DNA of 64,000 nucleotides from an uncultured bacterium (GTDB lineage Bacteria; Babelota; Babeliae; Babelales; Babelaceae): NCBI GenBank assembly GCA_963848965.1, contig CAWKFG010000005.1, positions 32,001 to 96,000 of the forward strand, read 5' to 3'. Shown piece by piece: positions 58,822 to 64,000 of this stretch (position 1 is its first letter; each line of letters starts with the position of its first letter). The notes under the pieces were generated by a model. It saw only the letters and a program-made list of their open reading frames with translations, ran no database searches and was not told where the DNA came from. The position numbers and the translations under genes were made by a program.

Positions 58822-60357
58822 TTATCTTTTCGTCCAGGCTTGATCGACTTTGTATACTCCAACAAGGCAATTATCCTTGCTTACAAGGGTAATCTTACAT
58901 TTATATATTTTTTCTAGATATAAGATAGCATTATATTCAGTGCTTGTAATGTAATTAAAAACGTTTGGATGTACTGCGAGCGTTATTTGGGCACCGGGTT
59001 TTTTGGCAGTTTCAAGTTCATGTTTGAGCTTGCGTAAAATTGTATACGCTTCATTAGGAAGCGATTTTATAAAGCCAAGACCGTGGCAGGTAGGGCATTG
59101 GTGAGTAAGCTGCTGTATAAGCGTTTTACCAGATCGCTTACGTGTCATCTGTACAAGGCCAAATTCAGAGACTTTTAAGACGACTGATTGAAATTTATCG
59201 CGCTCTTTGAGTGTTTTTTCAAAGGCACGAAAAAGCTTTTGTCTATTATTACTACTTGCCATATCAATAAAGTCGATGACAATAAGTCCTCCAATATTGC
59301 GTAACCGAAGCTGCCGTGTAATTTCTTCTGCTGCTTCGAGATTAGTTTTGAGTATGGTATCTTCAAGGTTACTTTGTCCTATATACCTACCTGTGTTTAC
59401 GTCAATGACAGTCATTGCTTCAGTAGTCTCAATAACGATAGAGCCACCAGACTTGAGATATACTTTTCTTTGCAGTGCCTGCTCAATTTGACTTTCAATG
59501 TTAAATTTTTCAAAAATACTTGGTGGCCCTTCGTAAAATCGTATTTTATGAGTATGCTCTGGAGCAATATTTTTTACGAACTTATAGATTCTTGCTTGTG
59601 TTTCTTTGTCATCAGTTATAACCATTTCTACATCATCATCAAGATGATCGCGGACAGCTTGGAGAGGCAGATCGATATCCTCATAAATTTTTTCTTTAGG
59701 ATTTGCTTCTTTATAGCGCCTTTGGATAGTATTCCATGTATCTACAAGATAGTTCAAATCTTGAAGAATTTCTCGTGCTCCTTGAAATTCAGAAGTAGTT
59801 CTAATAATCGCGCCCATTCCTGGTGGCAAGTTTTGGCTCAAGAGCTCTTTAAGGCGCTGGCGTTCTTCTTTAGACTCAATTTTTTTAGATATTCCAATAC
59901 GAGGAATATTGGTCATCAGTACTAAAAATCTTCCTGGTAGGGTAAAACAGGTAGTAAGTTTAGCGCCTTTTTCATAGACAGGCTCTTTACTTACTTGTAC
60001 AAGGATAGTCTCACCCTCTTTAAGTATTTTACTAATATCAAGTTGACTTCTGGTAAATCCTTCAGGTTTTTGTCGATCTTCATCTTCAATATCCTCTATT
60101 TGACCACTAGCAGCCATACGATGTATAGCAAGTTCTCGGTCTATTTCAGAAATGTGAAGAAACCCTGCTCGTTCCTGTCCAATATCGACAAATGCCGTCT
60201 GAATACCTGGCAGAATCTTGGTTATAACTCCTTTATAAAAAGACCGTTCAAGATTTTCTGTTGTATGAGACGAAAAATAAACGTTTTGTAAATCTCCATC
60301 CCGTGTAATGGCAACTCGTGTTTGCCAGGGAGTTTCATTAATTAAAATTTTTTTCAT
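58822..60357 (-). CDS. rng: Ribonuclease G/E family
   Basis: PGIQTAFVDIG, VQVSKEP, LPGRFLV, IDVNTG, TNLEAAEEI.RQLRLRNIGGLIVIDFIDM, CPTCHG. Confidence 0.95.
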   Translation of the reverse strand: MKKILINETPWQTRVAITRDGDLQNVYFSSHTTENLERSFYKGVITKILPGIQTAFVDIGQERAGFLHISEIDRELAIHRMAASGQIEDIEDEDRQKPEGFTRSQLDISKILKEGETILVQVSKEPVYEKGAKLTTCFTLPGRFLVLMTNIPRIGISKKIESKEERQRLKELLSQNLPPGMGAIIRTTSEFQGAREILQDLNYLVDTWNTIQRRYKEANPKEKIYEDIDLPLQAVRDHLDDDVEMVITDDKETQARIYKFVKNIAPEHTHKIRFYEGPPSIFEKFNIESQIEQALQRKVYLKSGGSIVIETTEAMTVIDVNTGRYIGQSNLEDTILKTNLEAAEEITRQLRLRNIGGLIVIDFIDMASSNNRQKLFRAFEKTLKERDKFQSVVLKVSEFGLVQMTRKRSGKTLIQQLTHQCPTCHGLGFIKSLPNEAYTILRKLKHELETAKKPGAQITLAVHPNVFNYITSTEYNAILYLEKIYKCKITLVSKDNCLVGVYKVDQAWTKR

Positions 60358-60523
60358 ATATCACTTTTTATTCTATGAAGCATTAAAAGTTAGGCTGACA
60401 TATTCTTATAGTATAATTATACCACAGATTAACCTTTTCGTGTAACAAACTAGAAAAATCTTAAATATTGTGGTACATTGCTCCCGACACCAGTAATTTA
60501 GCTCTATCCTCAAGGAGGGGAAC

Positions 60524-61189
60524 ATGTTTAAAAAGTGTCTTGTATTTTCTTTAGTATTGTTATTGGTTCCAGCATGTAAGAATAGATCACGTTTTGGTCG
60601 TTCGCAACCGGCTTATGGAACTCCTGTAGAAACCGTAGTTCCAGTGGAAGGAGCTCAATCGGTACAAGCGCCAGCAGAAGATGTAGAAGCATTTGTACTT
60701 GATGAAGATGAAAATCCATTTACTACAAAAGCTGCTGCTAATGCTCAAAATGGAGAAGAAATAGCACTTGAAAATGCAGAATCTTCAACAGGCGATCTTT
60801 ATTCAGACAGCTCAAAACACGGATTGAAAACAATCTATTATAGTTATAACCAAGCTGACACACGTCCAGATCAAAGAGCAGCTCTTGAGCAAAATCTTAA
60901 AGCTGCACAAGATCTTGTAAATAAAGGATATGATCTTACTCTAGAAGGTCATGCATGCAGTGCAGGTAAAGTCAATAATAGAGAGTATAATATAATGCTT
61001 TCAGAAAAACGGGCTGAAGGGATTAAAACCTTCTTTGTGGAAAACGGAATTGATGAACATAGTATTCGCACTGTTGGTTGGGGTTATGAAAGACCTGTTG
61101 TACCATCTGGTAATACCGAACAACAGGCCCCAAATAGACGGGTAGAAGTCTATGCTTATCCTCATGACAAAAATGCTCCTAAAGCATAA
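60524..61189 (+). CDS. OmpA-C domain lipoprotein (Pal-like)
   Basis: Lipobox VPAC; LEGHA, YNIMLSEKRA, GWGYERP, NRRVE. Confidence 0.88.
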   Translation: MFKKCLVFSLVLLLVPACKNRSRFGRSQPAYGTPVETVVPVEGAQSVQAPAEDVEAFVLDEDENPFTTKAAANAQNGEEIALENAESSTGDLYSDSSKHGLKTIYYSYNQADTRPDQRAALEQNLKAAQDLVNKGYDLTLEGHACSAGKVNNREYNIMLSEKRAEGIKTFFVENGIDEHSIRTVGWGYERPVVPSGNTEQQAPNRRVEVYAYPHDKNAPKA

Positions 61190-61190
61190 A

Positions 61191-61216
61191 AAGAGCCCCG
61201 AGAAATCGGGGCTTTC
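61191..61216. terminator. Bidirectional terminator
   Basis: AGCCCCGA/TCGGGGCT stem between convergent genes. Confidence 0.75.
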
Positions 61217-63982
61217 TTATTTTGTTTCCAAGCGTACACGCAACTGTTCAATCTCTTTTTGCTGCTTTTGTACTTGTTTGAGCAATAGAGCAATAAGAAG
61301 GGTATAATTTACAGAATGAGCTTTTTTGTTTTTTGTGTGTACAACAAGTGTTGGATCTACTTGCTCTACTTCTTTTGCAAGCAGGCCATAATGAGTTCCC
61401 TGTTTTGTAGTATAACGTACAGGGCGTAATTTCATGAGAGTATCTGTTAGTTGTATGTCTTGAACATTTTCCTTTGGCTCTTCTGGCGTTTCAACAACTC
61501 CTAACTGAGCAGTATTCGGGTTTATATAAACAGGTACGGCTTCATTTTGATCAAGTGGAGTAAAGATGATTCCTGCAATAAAGCAGTTTTGTTGCGAGGG
61601 AGTACCAAGATTGCCATCAGTGCCAATTCGTATAGTGCCTTGCTCGTTTGCACTTCCAGCATTACTTTGAATATAAATATTATTGCTTCCGGTTGTGAGC
61701 CCTGTACCAGCTGAACCACCTAAAGCAGTATTGTTACTTCCTGTAGTGAGATTTGTAAAAGTAGAAGCTCCATAAGCGCAGTTGTTACTTCCTGAGATAT
61801 TGGCTTTTAAAGCAAACATTCCATGTGCACTATTGAGGCTTCCCTCTTGATTTGCTTGAAGACAATTTGCACCTGTTGCTGTATTTTGTGTACCTGTAGT
61901 ATTTGCTTGAAGAGCAGAAGCTCCTTCTGCTGTATTAAAAAAGCCGGTAGTGTTAGCAGTAAGTGCTAGAGTACCAGTGCCAGTATTACCTATACCATTG
62001 CCTGTAGTGTTTATTAATACATTGTATCCAATGCCTGTATTGTTAGATGTATTATTTTTAGAGCCTGCAGATAGTCCTACAAATGTATTTGTATTATCGG
62101 AGCCTTTATTGTGAATAAATGATATACCCCCTTTTGAAATAATACCTGTATTAGTAGATAAAAAGGATTCCTTAAGATTAATGTTTCCTTCGGTATTAAT
62201 ATCTTTAGCTATAAAGCTACCAGTATTATCACGTCGTATTATGGTATTTGGAGTATTAGTAGAAACAGCATTGCTGACAGTAGTTGCCGTTTGAGGTCCT
62301 GTTACTTCTCCTTGTAATTGACTACTAAAGCTACTAGCAGTAGTTGCTGTTGTGGCATTACCAAGCAGGTTACCTGTGATAGTTGTTACTGTAATGGAAC
62401 CAGATGAGTCCCGTTTAACGATAGTATTAGGAGTGTTAGTAGAAACAGCATTGCTGACAACGGTTGCTGTTTGAGGTCCTGTTACTTCTCCTTGTAATTG
62501 GCCGCTAAAGCTACTAGCAGTAGTTGCCGTTGTAGCATTACCAAGAAGATCGCCTTTAACATTTGTTACTGTAATAGCGCCAAAGGGGTCTCGTTTAACT
62601 ATGCTATTAAAAACGTTATCTGGAGTTGGTGTATTTTCAAATTTATCATCTCCAACTGTCTTATTTATAATTTTTGATCCGCTTATACTACTGTCTGCAA
62701 CATCATCATTGCTAAGAAGTTGAGTTGCAAGAAGCCCATTTTGTGCATGAACAAGTCCATTCAATTGACCAGCAGTAAGGTTTCCGGTAATAGTAAGATG
62801 CCGTACGTTTTCATCTTTTACAAGAACTTTGCCAATAATGGCTCCGTTAACCTCGATATTACCGCCAACTTGTATATTTTGAGCTTGCACATCTTGAGTT
62901 GTCAGATGACCAAGCGAGGTCGTTCCTTTTACTTGTAGATTTTGTGTTTGAACGTCTTGAATTTCCAGAGTAGTAAGTGACGTTTTACCTTTAACAGAAA
63001 GATCATGGTTTATAAGTGTGTTGCCACTCACAGTAAGCTTTTTTAGTTGTCCGTTGTTGGCGGTAATAGTATTTAAAGAAGCACTGCGCCCTTTAATATT
63101 TTTTGCTGTAACATCTGAAAGTGCTGTCTTACCTTTAACAGAAAGACCATTGCGTACTTGGGCGTTGCCAGTAACAGAAAGTTTGTTTACTTGTTCTTCT
63201 GTGGAAGTAACTTTTTTAAAAGATGCATTTTTGCCGTCAATTTCTTGTGTCTGGATAGTATGTGCTGTAACGTCTGAGAGTGATGTTTTACCGGTAACAC
63301 CAAGGCCAGCGTTTATCTGAGTAGTCCCAGTAACAGAGAGATTTTTGATGCTACCTTGAGAGGTGTTAAGAGTATTAAAAGAAGCATCTTGTCCTTCTAT
63401 GCTGTGAGTACCCTTGATAGTAGTTGCTTGTATACTATCTACTAAAGCAGTTGAGAGTATGGTATTGCCTTTTACTTCAAGGCCTTTGTCTATAAACGTA
63501 TTAGCACAAAGGAGTATTTTTCCATTAACACGGAGACAGTTTTTAACTAAAAGATTACAAGCAACTTCTGAAGATCCGCGTGTGGTTACGAAAGCTTCTT
63601 GAGAAGTTAACTGCTTCTTATATTCGATAAATGCATGTTCATACTGTTCACGCTCAGTCTCAGAGGCAATGTTTTTCGTAAGTGTCAAAGCAGCATCTGT
63701 TGCTTTACTTGCTGTATCAAAGAGGGCGAATGCACCGCCTCTACGAATATGGTGGCACAACTCAAGTAGTTCTACAGAATTGTCTAAAGAAAGCTTTTCT
63801 TGTAATGTAAGAAACAAAGGAGCCACTTCATCATCTATATAGACAAACTGCTCATGAGGATTATCAATAATTGCTGAAAGTTCTTCTGAAGAGAGTGTAA
63901 GATATGTTTCAGGTGTTGTGTCCTGTTCTGCTTGTATGACAGCTGTAAAAAAAAGTAATGCACCTATACTTCTATACTTCAC
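61217..63982 (-). CDS. Secreted trimeric fibre/adhesin-like protein with C-terminal S74-like intramolecular chaperone domain
   Basis: Signal peptide; L.V.G beta repeats; 60-aa tandem repeat; NTA.G..AL repeats; LMKLRPVRY, YGLLAKEVEQVDPTLV, VNYTLLIALLLKQVQKQQKEIEQL. Confidence 0.8.
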   Translation of the reverse strand: MKYRSIGALLFFTAVIQAEQDTTPETYLTLSSEELSAIIDNPHEQFVYIDDEVAPLFLTLQEKLSLDNSVELLELCHHIRRGGAFALFDTASKATDAALTLTKNIASETEREQYEHAFIEYKKQLTSQEAFVTTRGSSEVACNLLVKNCLRVNGKILLCANTFIDKGLEVKGNTILSTALVDSIQATTIKGTHSIEGQDASFNTLNTSQGSIKNLSVTGTTQINAGLGVTGKTSLSDVTAHTIQTQEIDGKNASFKKVTSTEEQVNKLSVTGNAQVRNGLSVKGKTALSDVTAKNIKGRSASLNTITANNGQLKKLTVSGNTLINHDLSVKGKTSLTTLEIQDVQTQNLQVKGTTSLGHLTTQDVQAQNIQVGGNIEVNGAIIGKVLVKDENVRHLTITGNLTAGQLNGLVHAQNGLLATQLLSNDDVADSSISGSKIINKTVGDDKFENTPTPDNVFNSIVKRDPFGAITVTNVKGDLLGNATTATTASSFSGQLQGEVTGPQTATVVSNAVSTNTPNTIVKRDSSGSITVTTITGNLLGNATTATTASSFSSQLQGEVTGPQTATTVSNAVSTNTPNTIIRRDNTGSFIAKDINTEGNINLKESFLSTNTGIISKGGISFIHNKGSDNTNTFVGLSAGSKNNTSNNTGIGYNVLINTTGNGIGNTGTGTLALTANTTGFFNTAEGASALQANTTGTQNTATGANCLQANQEGSLNSAHGMFALKANISGSNNCAYGASTFTNLTTGSNNTALGGSAGTGLTTGSNNIYIQSNAGSANEQGTIRIGTDGNLGTPSQQNCFIAGIIFTPLDQNEAVPVYINPNTAQLGVVETPEEPKENVQDIQLTDTLMKLRPVRYTTKQGTHYGLLAKEVEQVDPTLVVHTKNKKAHSVNYTLLIALLLKQVQKQQKEIEQLRVRLETK
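62225..62600 (-). repeat. Intragenic ~180-bp tandem repeat
   Basis: LLGNATTATTASSFS(G/S)QLQGEVTGPQTAT(V/T)VSNAVSTNTPNTI occurs twice, with near-identical DNA. Confidence 0.9.
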
Positions 63983-64000
63983 AAAATACCTCCTTAGCTG

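Noticed and set aside
59374..59925. 183-aa ORF antisense to rng and the many other short overlapping ORFs
   Set aside because: Fully overlap well-supported genes and have no motifs; treated as shadow frames.
1..64000. GC-skew switch at the origin candidate
   Set aside because: A few spot counts were suggestive but inconsistent; cannot be claimed without computing cumulative skew.

Overview
AT-rich bacterial chromosome segment, most consistent with Candidatus Dependentiae/Babelota (TM6), protist-associated intracellular bacteria. This assignment is an inference from the many signal-peptide-bearing ankyrin/WD40/TPR proteins and the family content. Housekeeping genes: nusA, infB, aspS (non-discriminating type), gatB, rng, mutY, uvsE, nfo, family-4 UDG, bcp, comEC, an M16 peptidase and a Pal/OmpA lipoprotein. 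Main observations: (1) a strong oriC candidate at 24598-24910 with 9 perfect DnaA boxes and an AT-rich unwinding element, lying between udg and nusA with no dnaA nearby; (2) a cluster of membrane AAA+ ATPases resembling mitochondrial ATAD3 (one intact, two degenerate, one possible AAA-less relative), bracketed by two paralogous beta-barrel-like outer membrane proteins, a candidate undescribed trans-envelope system; (3) an unannotated 58-aa secreted peptide gene divergent from a multi-pass membrane regulator; (4) a candidate sRNA with two anti-Shine-Dalgarno-like loops; (5) a decayed island integrated in the 3' end of gatB, carrying a toxin-antitoxin pair, IS remnants and a gene flanked by ~130-bp inverted repeats; (6) a recurring signal-peptide-then-Met pattern in putative effectors. 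No rRNA, tRNA or CRISPR array was recognised.
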